NCBI RefSeq assembly: GCF_013315695.1
Contig: NZ_CP054353.1
Strand: one strand, 5' to 3'
Length of the DNA stretch: 64,000 nt
From: Escherichia coli
Lineage (GTDB): Bacteria > Pseudomonadota > Gammaproteobacteria > Enterobacterales > Enterobacteriaceae
The stretch's first letter is position 1. Each line of letters begins with the position of its first letter. This document shows positions 36,633-49,510 of the stretch, piece by piece. Position numbers and translations under genes: made by a program. The notes beneath the pieces are model-generated. The model ran no database searches. It saw nothing but the letters and a program-made list of their open reading frames with translations, and was not told the origin of the DNA.

Positions 36633-36905
36633 TTAATGTATTCTGTTTATTTTCTTACCATTGAAAATACTTTTATTGTCAGTTATCGCTGTTCTTCTGT
36701 TTGGCCCTCCTGTATCACTGTTACTAAAATCACGAATTATGCTGTCAATTAAATCTCGTCGGAAAGCATTTTCCTCAACAGATTTCATTACGAGTAATTG
36801 CTTAATAAGAGTCTGCAACGAAAAATTTATCTTCATGCGCAGTATCTGGAGCACCGCCTGGCCAGTAATTTCATATTTTGTACTTTCATTATCAGATGTC
36901 TTCAT
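36633..36905 (-). CDS. ymgA: connector protein YmgA
   Basis: 90 aa matching YmgA. Confidence 0.85.
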   Translation of the reverse strand: MKTSDNESTKYEITGQAVLQILRMKINFSLQTLIKQLLVMKSVEENAFRRDLIDSIIRDFSNSDTGGPNRRTAITDNKSIFNGKKINRIH

Positions 36906-36947
36906 AACGACTTCATAGCTAACCTGTTAAATAATCAGGCTGTTGCA

Positions 36948-37184
36948 TTATTCAAAAAGCAACCCAATTAGTGCATTATAATGTTTCTGTTCCTCTTCCC
37001 CTGTCGCTTGTTCCAGTCTGCCTAGAAGTTTGGCACAAAGCGACTTTCGACTCAGATTACGTCCATCTTTCAAAATCTCAGTCACAATTTCCCCGAGAGT
37101 TTCCTGCTGAGTAGGCAAGTTAGCTTTTGCAAAGTAACGAGTGATTGCTCCCGCAGAATCTAAAGTCACTGAATTTTGATGCAT
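36948..37184 (-). CDS. ycgZ: YcgZ protein
   Basis: 78 aa matching YcgZ. Confidence 0.85.
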   Translation of the reverse strand: MHQNSVTLDSAGAITRYFAKANLPTQQETLGEIVTEILKDGRNLSRKSLCAKLLGRLEQATGEEEQKHYNALIGLLFE

Positions 37185-37497
37185 GCTACGCCTCTGTTAA
37201 AAATGTTAATCAATGTTAAGTAAGGTAACAATAGCAAACTTGTACGAAATATGTGTACAAAATGATAAATTAATTTTTTGCATTTAGTGCTAATACATAC
37301 AAAACAACAGGTTATGATAAAAAATATTGCATCATTTAAATAACAACCTATACAAGAATTTTCGCCAACTCATCTTCAACTTTTTCCATTTTTTATCAAT
37401 GTAAAGAAACAGTTATGTTTTGGTATTAAAAGAAAGACACCGGAAGATATGTCTGTTACCGTCTTACTCTCGCCTCTCCCATTACCCTGGACAGTTA

Positions 37498-38709
37498 ATG
37501 CTTACCACCCTTATTTATCGTAGCCATATACGTGACGACGAACCTGTCAAAAAAATCGAAGAAATGGTTTCGATAGCAAATCGCAGGAACATGCAGTCTG
37601 ACGTAACAGGGATCTTACTGTTTAATGGTTCTCATTTTTTCCAGCTTCTGGAAGGTCCGGAAGAACAGGTTAAAATGATATATCGGGCTATATGCCAGGA
37701 TCCACGGCACTATAATATTGTTGAGCTGATGTGCGATTACGCGCCTGCTCGCCGTTTTGGCAAAGCGGGAATGGAATTATTTGATTTGCGCCTGCACGAG
37801 CGAGATGACGTTTTACAGGCCGTATTCGACAAAGGCACATCAAAATTTCAGCTAACTTATGATGACAGAGCGCTACAATTTTTTCGTACTTTTGTCCTTG
37901 CAACCGAACAAGCAACCTATTTCGAGATCCCTGCCGAAGACTCCTGGCTTTTTATCGCTGACGGATCTGATAAAGAACTTGATTCCTGTACCCTTTCACC
38001 AACTATAAACGACCACTTTGCCTTTCATCCTATTGTCGATCCCTTATCGCGGCGGATAATCGCTTTTGAAGCCATTGTGCAAAAAAATGAAGATAGCCCA
38101 TCAGCTATAGCGGTTGGGCAGCGTAAAGACGGGGAAATCTATACAGCGGATCTCAAAAGTAAGGCGCTTGCATTCGCGATGGCACACGCACTTGAGCTCG
38201 GTGATAAAATGATTTCAATCAATCTATTACCTATGACCCTGGTTAACGAACCTGACGCAGTCTCTTTTTTACTTGATGAAATAAAGGCCAATGCTCTGGT
38301 GCCTGAACAAATCATCGTTGAATTTACTGAAAGTGAAGTCATATCTCGGTTTGATGAGTTTGCAGAAGCGATTAAATCGCTTAAGGCTGCCGGTATCAGT
38401 GTAGCAATTGATCATTTTGGCGCAGGTTTTGCCGGTTTGTTACTCCTGTCACGCTTCCAGCCTGACAGAATTAAAATCAGTCAGGAATTGATTACCAATG
38501 TTCATAAAAGCGGGCCACGGCAGGCAATTATTCAAGCGATCATAAAATGCTGTACATCACTTGAAATTCAAGTCTCTGCTATGGGTGTGACAACACCAGA
38601 AGAGTGGATGTGGCTTGAATCTGCAGGAATTGAGATGTTTCAGGGAGATCTGTTTGCGAAAGCTAAATTGAATGGTATCCCTTCAGTTGCGTGGCCGGAG
38701 AAAAAATAA
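37498..38709 (+). CDS. bluF: blue-light sensor BluF (BLUF plus degenerate EAL domain)
   Basis: 403 aa from MLTTLIYRSHIRDDEPVKKIEEMV (BLUF domain). Confidence 0.85.
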   Translation: MLTTLIYRSHIRDDEPVKKIEEMVSIANRRNMQSDVTGILLFNGSHFFQLLEGPEEQVKMIYRAICQDPRHYNIVELMCDYAPARRFGKAGMELFDLRLHERDDVLQAVFDKGTSKFQLTYDDRALQFFRTFVLATEQATYFEIPAEDSWLFIADGSDKELDSCTLSPTINDHFAFHPIVDPLSRRIIAFEAIVQKNEDSPSAIAVGQRKDGEIYTADLKSKALAFAMAHALELGDKMISINLLPMTLVNEPDAVSFLLDEIKANALVPEQIIVEFTESEVISRFDEFAEAIKSLKAAGISVAIDHFGAGFAGLLLLSRFQPDRIKISQELITNVHKSGPRQAIIQAIIKCCTSLEIQVSAMGVTTPEEWMWLESAGIEMFQGDLFAKAKLNGIPSVAWPEKK

Positions 38710-38913
38710 TTTTCAGCACATTATTTCGTATGATTTCTGAAAATCATCGTGAAAATGAATACGTTATGTTTAAATTTAATCCACATTAAAAATAATGTTT
38801 CATTCAATTTAGCTGAAATCTTATTTATACTTTGTACAATTTTAGCGTATATTGTACAAAGTATTATTGGGTCGTGTACAGGCGACGGAGATTTGTGACC
38901 GCAAGGAGGAATT

Positions 38914-39645
38914 GTGGCTTATTACAGCATTGGTGATGTTGCTGAACGTTGCGGGATTAATCCTGTCACTCTCCGGGCCTGGCAACGCCGCTACGGTTTG
39001 TTAAAACCACAGCGCAGTGAAGGCGGACACCGACTCTTTGATGAAGAAGACATACAACGCATCGAAGAGATCAAGCGTTGGATAAGTAATGGCGTCCCTG
39101 TAGGCAAAGTTAAAGCATTACTGGAAACCACCAGCCAGGATACGGAAGATGACTGGAGCCGCCTGCAAGAAGAGATGATGTCAATTCTTCGTATGGCTAA
39201 TCCTGCCAAACTACGCGCGAGAATTATTTCACTGGGTCGAGAGTACCCAGTAGATCAATTGATTAATCATGTTTACCTTCCTGTTCGCCAGCGTCTCGTG
39301 CTTGATCACAACACCTCCCGCATTATGAGCAGTATGTTTGACGGCGCATTAATTGAATACGCAGCAGCCTCGCTTTTCGAAATGCGCCGTAAGCCCGGTA
39401 AAGAAGCCATTCTGATGGCGTGGAATGTTGAAGAGAGAGCACGATTGTGGCTGGAAGCATGGCGTTTATCATTGTCAGGATGGCACATTTCTGTTCTTGC
39501 TGATCCCATTGAATCGCCGCGCCCGGAACTGTTCCCGACGCAAACATTGATTGTCTGGACAGGCATGGCACCAACGAGAAGGCAAAACGAACTTTTACAA
39601 CACTGGGGTGAGCAAGGTTATAAAGTCATCTTCCATGCCCCCTAA
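38914..39645 (+). CDS. bluR: MerR-family repressor BluR
   Basis: 243 aa; N-terminal Mer[34 protein letters not shown]. Confidence 0.85.
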   Translation: MAYYSIGDVAERCGINPVTLRAWQRRYGLLKPQRSEGGHRLFDEEDIQRIEEIKRWISNGVPVGKVKALLETTSQDTEDDWSRLQEEMMSILRMANPAKLRARIISLGREYPVDQLINHVYLPVRQRLVLDHNTSRIMSSMFDGALIEYAAASLFEMRRKPGKEAILMAWNVEERARLWLEAWRLSLSGWHISVLADPIESPRPELFPTQTLIVWTGMAPTRRQNELLQHWGEQGYKVIFHAP

Positions 39646-39865
39646 TTTCACCTTTATCCCGCCCCTTAGACAGAATGTTATAATCTGAACCCACAACAGC
39701 GTTTGTACCGGAGCTGGTCCATTACAAAATGCTCACCGGGAGAATTCAGGTAATCCCCCTTTCACACTTTGTACATATCACAGCCAAAGGACAGACCAGA
39801 TTGAAGTGGTAAAACCGATCGTGCACACTACGCAGTCTCACAACTAACAAGAGGTTATTATCCTG

Positions 39866-40270
39866 ATGGATCAGGTCGTTGTTTTTCAAAAGATGTTTGA
39901 GCAAGTGAGAAAAGAGCAAAACTTCTCCTGGTTTTATTCAGAATTAAAACATCACCGTATTGCACATTACATTTATTATCTAGCTACGGATAACATCAGA
40001 ATTATTACTCACGATGACACGGTTTTGTTATTAAGAGGAACCAGGAACCTGTTAAAAGTTAGTACGACCAAGAACCCTGCTAAAATAAAAGAGGCCGCAT
40101 TGCTTCATATTTGCGGAAAATCTACATTTCGGGAATACTGTTCAACACTGGCAGACGCGGGCGTTTTCCGGTGGGTTACTGATGTTAATCATAACAAACG
40201 CAGTTACTACGCCATTGATAATACGCTTTTATATATTGAAGATGTAGAAAACAATAAACCATTAATCTAG
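39866..40270 (+). CDS. ycgX: DUF1398-family protein YcgX
   Basis: 134 aa matching YcgX. Confidence 0.8.
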   Translation: MDQVVVFQKMFEQVRKEQNFSWFYSELKHHRIAHYIYYLATDNIRIITHDDTVLLLRGTRNLLKVSTTKNPAKIKEAALLHICGKSTFREYCSTLADAGVFRWVTDVNHNKRSYYAIDNTLLYIEDVENNKPLI

Positions 40271-40481
40271 CTAAAGTTGGATGCTTAAAAAATGCTTCAT
40301 AATTCAGTAAGGCATTAGCATAATGGAAATAAAAGTGCAGAGACTATTCATATGGATGAGTAATACTATCTTTTTATTGCCACCCATAAATAATCACCAG
40401 ATCAATACTATCAACTTGATATTTGAAATGTGATCACTTGACTTTTGATACGTTATTTTATAGCGGTTAACATATTTATAA

Positions 40482-40529
40482 AAAACAATGGGCGTGCCAT
40501 ACGCCCGTTTCAATACTTAACGCACATGT
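40482..40529. repeat. icd-terminator-like direct repeat, copy A (left boundary of iraM cassette)
   Basis: aaaacaaTgggcgtgCCatacgcccgtttcaataCttaacGcacatgt, about 90% identical to the sequence at 41350..41395. Confidence 0.7.
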
Positions 40530-40974
40530 GTTTTGGTTTAGTCATCATCCGGTTATATGTATTTTAGCCAGGAATGGGTTAAACCATTCCTATATAACTA
40601 AAAAATTGAAACCTTATTCTCATGTCATGCTTATATTCGTCATTATCGTTATATAAAAAGGCCAACCATAATGTTTAGCAAATTGGCACAAAGTAGTATA
40701 AAGGCTATGTTTTAATTACAGGATGTTCAGTCATTTGAATGTATAACATTTTAGCTAAACAAATCTAAAACGAAGTGAATAATTTAATGTTTTCACTAAA
40801 TCTCATTTTGTTTAATATCTATTGAGATTTCTTGCTTTAAATTTTGTTTTATATAAACAATGGTTTTAATTTTTAATTAATTTGTTTTTTGAGGGGGTAA
40901 TATACTCATATGCAAAATCAAGAAATAAAAATCCTAATGAACCATATTAAATACCGTGGGATAAGACATAACAA

Positions 40975-41298
40975 ATGAAGTGGATAGTAATTGACACGGT
41001 AATTCAACCTACATGCGGTATATCTTTTTCAGCCATATGGGGTGATATGAAAATGATCATCTGGTATCAATCCACTATATTTCTTCCTCCTGGCAGGATA
41101 TTTACACCGGTTAAGTCTGGTATTATCCTTAAGGATAAAGAATATCCTATTACTATTTATAACATCGCACCATTCAACAAGGATTTATGGAGTTTACTCA
41201 AAAGCAGTCAAGAGTGTCCTCCAGGAGAAAGCAAAATAACAAATAAATGTTTGCATAATAGTTGCATTATAAAAATATGCCCATATGGGCTCAAGTAA
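40975..41298 (+). CDS. iraM: anti-adaptor protein IraM (inhibits RssB-mediated RpoS degradation)
   Basis: 107 aa [23 protein letters not shown]... matching IraM/YcgW; very AT-rich surroundings. Confidence 0.85.
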   Translation: MKWIVIDTVIQPTCGISFSAIWGDMKMIIWYQSTIFLPPGRIFTPVKSGIILKDKEYPITIYNIAPFNKDLWSLLKSSQECPPGESKITNKCLHNSCIIKICPYGLK

Positions 41299-41349
41299 TG
41301 GGCTTCATATAAATATTCTCGACATGCTATTAATAATATCCACATAAAT

Positions 41350-41395
41350 AAAACAACGGGCGTGTTATACGCCCGTTTCAATATTTAACACATGT
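41350..41395 (-). terminator. icd rho-independent terminator (copy B of the repeat)
   Basis: aacgggcgt-ataac-acgcccgtt hairpin plus T-tract on the minus strand, immediately 3' of icd. Confidence 0.6.
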
Positions 41396-41400
41396 AGAGA

Positions 41401-42651
41401 TTACATGTTCTTGATGATTGCATCACCAAACTCTGAACATTTCAGCAGTTTAGCGCCTTCCATCAGACGTTCGAAGTCATAGGTTACGGTCTTGGCATTG
41501 ATTGCGCCTTCCATACCTTTAACAATCAAGTCTGCGGCTTCAGTCCAGCCCATATGGCGTAACATCATCTCAGCGGAGAGAATAATAGAGCCTGGGTTTA
41601 CTTTGTCCTGACCGGCATATTTCGGCGCAGTACCGTGGGTGGCTTCAAACAGGGCGCATTCGTCACCGATGTTTGCGCCAGGGGCGATACCGATACCGCC
41701 AACCTGCGCTGCCAGGGCGTCAGAAATGTAGTCACCGTTCAGGTTCATACAGGCGATAACATCATATTCAGCCGGACGCAGCAGGATCTGTTGCAGGAAT
41801 GCATCAGCAATCACGTCTTTAATGACGATCTCTTTGCCGGTGTTCGGGTTTTTAACTTTCAGCCACGGGCCGCCGTCGATCAGTTCACCGCCAAACTCTT
41901 CACGCGCCAGCTGGTAGCCCCAGTCTTTAAACGCGCCTTCGGTGAACTTCATGATGTTGCCTTTGTGCACCAGGGTCACAGAGTCACGATCGTTAGCAAT
42001 TGCGTATTCGATCGCTGCACGAACCAGACGTTTGGTGCCTTCTTCAGAACACGGCTTAATACCGATACCGCAATGTTCCGGGAAGCGAATTTTCTTCACG
42101 CCCATCTCTTCACGCAGGAATTTAATCACTTTCTCAGCGTCGGCAGAGTCTGCTTTCCATTCGATACCCGCATAAATGTCTTCCGAGTTTTCACGGAAGA
42201 TAACCATATCGGTCAGTTCAGGGTGTTTAACCGGGCTTGGAGTGCCCTGATAGTAACGTACCGGACGCAGGCAGATGTAGAGATCCAGTTCCTGGCGCAG
42301 AGCAACGTTGAGAGAGCGAATACCGCCACCAACCGGAGTGGTCAGCGGGCCTTTGATGGCAACGCGATATTCACGAATCAGATCAAGGGTTTCAGCAGGT
42401 AGCCAGACATCCTGACCATAAACCTGTGTGGATTTTTCACCGGTGTAAATTTCCATCCAGGAGATTTTACGCTCGCCTTTATAGGCTTTCTCGACTGCAG
42501 CGTCGACCACTTTCAGCATGGCTGGGGTTACATCTACACCGATTCCATCACCTTCAATGTAAGGGATAATCGGATTTTCAGGAACGTTGAGTTTGCCGTT
42601 TTGCAGGGTGATCTTCTTGCCTTGTGCCGGAACAACTACTTTACTTTCCAT
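41401..42651 (-). CDS. icd: NADP-dependent isocitrate dehydrogenase
   Basis: 416 aa from [40 protein letters not shown]. Confidence 0.95.
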   Translation of the reverse strand: MESKVVVPAQGKKITLQNGKLNVPENPIIPYIEGDGIGVDVTPAMLKVVDAAVEKAYKGERKISWMEIYTGEKSTQVYGQDVWLPAETLDLIREYRVAIKGPLTTPVGGGIRSLNVALRQELDLYICLRPVRYYQGTPSPVKHPELTDMVIFRENSEDIYAGIEWKADSADAEKVIKFLREEMGVKKIRFPEHCGIGIKPCSEEGTKRLVRAAIEYAIANDRDSVTLVHKGNIMKFTEGAFKDWGYQLAREEFGGELIDGGPWLKVKNPNTGKEIVIKDVIADAFLQQILLRPAEYDVIACMNLNGDYISDALAAQVGGIGIAPGANIGDECALFEATHGTAPKYAGQDKVNPGSIILSAEMMLRHMGWTEAADLIVKGMEGAINAKTVTYDFERLMEGAKLLKCSEFGDAIIKNM

Positions 42652-42824
42652 TCACCTCTCCTTCGAGCGCTACTGGTTTGCTCGTCTGCCACCACGTTGC
42701 ATATGCGTTTGCGTCCTGCGATACGGATGCGTTAGAGCAATTTTTTGTTAATGATTTGTAATTGGCTTGTCAATACTACCCTATTGTTTGCCGTCATGAA
42801 AGATGCGCGTTATTAGGCTATAAT

Positions 42825-42896
42825 GCGGCAATTCATAATCTCTGAAAATACCATGCAAAAAACTTCTTTTAGACCAAAGACAGTATTTTTCTGACC
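42825..42896 (+). pseudogene. orphaned ancestral 5' end of rluE (23 codons), separated from the rest of the gene by an islet
   Basis: Encodes MRQFIISENTMQKTSFR then diverges to PKTVFF*; MRQFIISENTMQKTSFRN is the K-12 RluE N-terminus by recall. Confidence 0.55.
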
Positions 42897-43232
42897 TTCA
42901 AATAAGGTATTAAATATCAATAATTTATATCAGATTTTAAGCAATAAAAAAAACCACCAGAGATAACTAACAAGGTGCTATTTGGTCAAAATTTGACATT
43001 ACTCGATTCAGCGACTATCTCACTTTGAGCACTATTGGGAAAATTATCAAAAGTCATAGTTGAAGCGACAAGCAACGAGTAAATTATGGCATCCCCCCTT
43101 TTTGAGGTTCACATGAAACGCTTTGCACTGATAGCTGTGAAACTCGTTGCCTTTACTGGTTCTGCATCTGCTGCAACCGAAGAAATCAACTTCAAGTAAC
43201 AGAAACACTATATAACAATGGAGTGTTGACAA

Positions 43233-43682
43233 ATGGATACTACCGAAGAACGCAATGGAACATATTTCTACAGAGGACACCCGAACCTGTCCAAAATAGA
43301 ACTACTCAACGTCATATTCCTTGAAGAATTCTGTAAGGAATTGGGGATTGATTCGGTATCAGGTGCAGCAATCTTATCTGGTCAACCGTGGCTGGGTACA
43401 AGAGCGAAGCCGCAAGGGGCAACCCTGGGAACAAGTGTTGTCTCAAAGTATGCGCGTATACTGATGAGAGATGCACGCATGCCTTTTGGTATTTCTGTTC
43501 ATACACCAGTGGGTGTAAGGATGCAGAAATCTAATAAGCTTGCTGCAATTATCGCTCGTTGGGTCCCGTGGATTGGTTGGGCTTCACTGTCGATGAGTCT
43601 TTACAGGGTTTCGACTCGTACCCAGGAAAAATACAATCTGATTGCCAAACCTCAAGACCGTATTAAGTGGACTTCCTTCTAA
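43233..43682 (+). CDS. hypothetical protein, first gene of an overlapping two-gene cassette
   Basis: 149 aa ORF; below-genome-average GC by eye; hydrophobic stretch AAIIARWVPWIGWASLSMSL near the C-terminus; 16-nt overlap with the next gene. Confidence 0.5.
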   Translation: MDTTEERNGTYFYRGHPNLSKIELLNVIFLEEFCKELGIDSVSGAAILSGQPWLGTRAKPQGATLGTSVVSKYARILMRDARMPFGISVHTPVGVRMQKSNKLAAIIARWVPWIGWASLSMSLYRVSTRTQEKYNLIAKPQDRIKWTSF

Positions 43683-44017
43683 TGGCGACAACAATCACAG
43701 ACGAAGTTTTAGCACTGTTCCGTGATGAGATTCCAGGTTATCAGGATGACCACGGGAAGGAAATTCCGTTAGAACTGGACTCTGATTTGTTCGACTATCC
43801 ACGAGATGATTTAGAGGACGCTATACGGAAATACAAAGAGAGGTTTGGGATTAACCTGGATAATCTGGACTGGTCTTTGTACCTTCCATGGGAGTCTGCA
43901 CCATTGCTTCAACGATGGTTCAAGCTCAAGCGGGAAGAGGTAGAAACAACACGTTTACCGTTAACTGTACGGATGTTTGCAGAATCAGCAGAAGCGGGAA
44001 AATGGCTGTATCAGTAG
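43667..44017 (+). CDS. hypothetical acidic protein (possibly DUF1493-like), second gene of the cassette
   Basis: 116 aa ORF; acidic LELDSDLFDYPRDDLEDAI segment and C-terminal ...GKWLYQ; family assignment from memory only. Confidence 0.5.
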   Translation: MDFLLMATTITDEVLALFRDEIPGYQDDHGKEIPLELDSDLFDYPRDDLEDAIRKYKERFGINLDNLDWSLYLPWESAPLLQRWFKLKREEVETTRLPLTVRMFAESAEAGKWLYQ

Positions 44018-44337
44018 AATAAAAAAGAAGGCTGCGATGCCCCTCTTATTACTGCTGATGATGGTAGTGGTAAAGCATCATCCTAAACTTGAACAGTGAA
44101 GTGCTGTCACCCATCAGTAATACAGAAACACTATTTTTCATACCAGTATTTATTCAATTCATCAATGTAAAATGTGTTCATTGGGCCATATTTATCACCA
44201 TGCAGCCACACAACCGCTGCTCACTAACCCAGGTATTGATGAAACCGCGCTGAAGAGCCTGAACCCTGAACCTCTAACGAGTACCTTAAAAGTCCAATGC
44301 AATCCGACACTGTGCTACCCTCTGCGTAAAGCTCTAT

Positions 44338-44988
44338 TTGGAATTTACCATGAAATACTTTAGCGATTCTAAATCTTCTTTTAGAAAAAAACAGGTTAGT
44401 CGACTAAACTCGCAACACTCCACTAAGCGTAAACCTGAAAACCAGCCCACGCGTGTGATCCTGTTCAATAAACCCTACGATGTTCTTCCGCAGTTCACCG
44501 ATGAAGCCGGACGCAAAACATTAAAAGAATTCATCCCGGTTCAGGGCGTTTATGCAGCAGGTCGTCTTGACCGCGATAGCGAAGGGTTACTGGTGCTGAC
44601 CAATAACGGCGCGTTGCAGGCGCGTTTAACCCAGCCGGGTAAACGCACCGGAAAAATCTATTATGTGCAGGTGGAAGGTATTCCCACACAAGACGCACTT
44701 GAAGCCTTGCGCAATGGCGTAACCTTAAATGATGGCCCTACCCTGCCCGCAGGCGTAGAGCTGGTTGACGAACCCGCGTGGTTATGGCCGCGGAATCCAC
44801 CAATTCGTGAACGCAAAAGTATTCCCACCAGCTGGCTTAAGATCACCTTATATGAAGGACGTAATCGCCAGGTGCGCCGCATGACCGCCCATGTTGGTTT
44901 CCCCACGCTGCGACTGATTCGCTATGCGATGGGTGATTACTCTTTGGATAATCTTGCCAACGGCGAATGGCGAGAAGCGACAGATTAA
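44338..44988 (+). CDS. rluE: 23S rRNA pseudouridine synthase RluE with a replaced, divergent N-terminus
   Basis: 216 aa; from [19 protein letters not shown] onward matches RluE; first ~35 residues differ from the K-12 N-terminus; alternative start ATG 44350. Confidence 0.8.
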   Translation: MEFTMKYFSDSKSSFRKKQVSRLNSQHSTKRKPENQPTRVILFNKPYDVLPQFTDEAGRKTLKEFIPVQGVYAAGRLDRDSEGLLVLTNNGALQARLTQPGKRTGKIYYVQVEGIPTQDALEALRNGVTLNDGPTLPAGVELVDEPAWLWPRNPPIRERKSIPTSWLKITLYEGRNRQVRRMTAHVGFPTLRLIRYAMGDYSLDNLANGEWREATD

Positions 44989-44997
44989 GGACGCAAA

Positions 44998-46619
<1,622 letters not shown>

Positions 46620-46654
46620 TTATTATCTTTACTTAAAACAAGGAAGCAGTGAAC

Positions 46655-47296
46655 GTGGCAAAGAATTACTATGACATCACCCTCGCCCTGGCCGGTATTT
46701 GTCAGTCGGCACGCCTGGTGCAACAACTCGCTCACCAGGGGCATTGTGATGGCGATGCGCTACACGTCTCACTCAACAGTATTATCGATATGAACCCCAG
46801 CTCAACGCTGGCGGTTTTTGGCGGCAGCGAAGCCAACCTGCGCGTCGGGCTGGAAACCTTGCTCGGCGTACTCAATGCCAGCAGTCGCCAGGGCTTAAAC
46901 GCCGAATTAACCCGCTACACACTCAGTCTGATGGTGCTTGAGCGCAAACTCTCCTCAGCGAAAGGTGCGCTCGACACTCTGGGCAACCGGATCAACGGCC
47001 TGCAACGCCAGCTCGAACACTTCGATTTACAGTCCGAAACGCTGATGAGCGCGATGGCTGCTATCTATGTTGATGTGATTAGCCCGCTTGGCCCACGCAT
47101 TCAGGTCACCGGTTCCCCTGCTGTACTGCAAAGTCCACAGGTACAGGCGAAAGTCCGCGCTACCCTGCTGGCAGGCATTCGCGCCGCCGTGCTCTGGCAC
47201 CAGGTCGGCGGCGGTCGTCTGCAACTGATGTTTTCTCGTAATCGCCTGACCACTCAGGCAAAACAAATTCTTGCTCATTTAACCCCGGAGTTGTGA
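46655..47296 (+). CDS. hflD: high-frequency lysogenization protein HflD
   Basis: 213 aa from GTG ([25 protein letters not shown]). Confidence 0.85.
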   Translation: MAKNYYDITLALAGICQSARLVQQLAHQGHCDGDALHVSLNSIIDMNPSSTLAVFGGSEANLRVGLETLLGVLNASSRQGLNAELTRYTLSLMVLERKLSSAKGALDTLGNRINGLQRQLEHFDLQSETLMSAMAAIYVDVISPLGPRIQVTGSPAVLQSPQVQAKVRATLLAGIRAAVLWHQVGGGRLQLMFSRNRLTTQAKQILAHLTPEL

Positions 47297-48670
<1,374 letters not shown>

Positions 48671-48761
48671 ACTCGTATCAGTGCCGGATAGCGATGCTGT
48701 CCGGCCTGCTTATTAAGATTATCCGCTTTTTATTTTTTCACTTTACCTCCCCTCCCCCGCT

Positions 48762-48778
48762 GGTTTATTTAATGTTTA
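48762..48778 (+). promoter_or_regulatory. PhoP box of the phoPQ promoter
   Basis: GGTTTAtttaaTGTTTA direct repeat about 60 bp upstream of the phoP start. Confidence 0.65.
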
Positions 48779-48838
48779 CCCCCATAACCACATAATCGCG
48801 TTACACTATTTTAATAATTAAGACAGGGAGAAATAAAA

Positions 48839-49510
48839 ATGCGCGTACTGGTTGTTGAAGACAATGCGTTGTTACGTCACCACCTTAAAGTTCAGATTCA
48901 GGATGCTGGTCATCAGGTCGATGACGCAGAAGATGCCAAAGAAGCCGATTATTATCTCAATGAACATTTACCGGATATTGCGATTGTCGATCTCGGATTG
49001 CCTGACGAGGATGGTCTGTCACTGATTCGCCGCTGGCGTAGCAATGATGTTTCACTGCCGATTCTGGTATTAACCGCCCGTGAAAGCTGGCAGGACAAAG
49101 TCGAAGTATTAAGTGCCGGTGCTGATGATTACGTGACTAAACCGTTTCATATTGAAGAGGTGATGGCGCGAATGCAGGCATTAATGCGGCGTAATAGCGG
49201 TCTGGCTTCACAGGTCATTTCGCTACCACCGTTTCAGGTTGATCTCTCCCGCCGTGAATTATCTATTAATGACGAAGTGATCAAACTGACCGCGTTCGAA
49301 TACACCATTATGGAAACGTTGATACGCAATAATGGCAAAGTGGTCAGCAAAGATTCGTTAATGCTACAACTCTACCCGGATGCGGAGCTGCGGGAAAGCC
49401 ATACCATTGATGTACTGATGGGACGTCTGCGCAAAAAAATTCAGGCACAATATCCGCAAGAAGTGATTACCACCGTTCGCGGCCAGGGCTATCTGTTCGA
49501 ATTGCGCTGA
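48839..49510 (+). CDS. phoP: response regulator PhoP
   Basis: 223 aa from [40 protein letters not shown]. Confidence 0.95.
   Translation: MRVLVVEDNALLRHHLKVQIQDAGHQVDDAEDAKEADYYLNEHLPDIAIVDLGLPDEDGLSLIRRWRSNDVSLPILVLTARESWQDKVEVLSAGADDYVTKPFHIEEVMARMQALMRRNSGLASQVISLPPFQVDLSRRELSINDEVIKLTAFEYTIMETLIRNNGKVVSKDSLMLQLYPDAELRESHTIDVLMGRLRKKIQAQYPQEVITTVRGQGYLFELR

Noticed and set aside
40560-40974. PhoP box upstream of iraM
   Set aside because: Only partial half-sites (e.g. TGTTTA...TATTGA) could be found by eye; not confident enough to annotate without a matrix scan.
41299-41400. e14 prophage or icdC pseudogene next to icd
   Set aside because: No integrase, lit, mcrA or phage structural genes are present; only the terminator-region repeat remains, so the prophage is absent from this strain.
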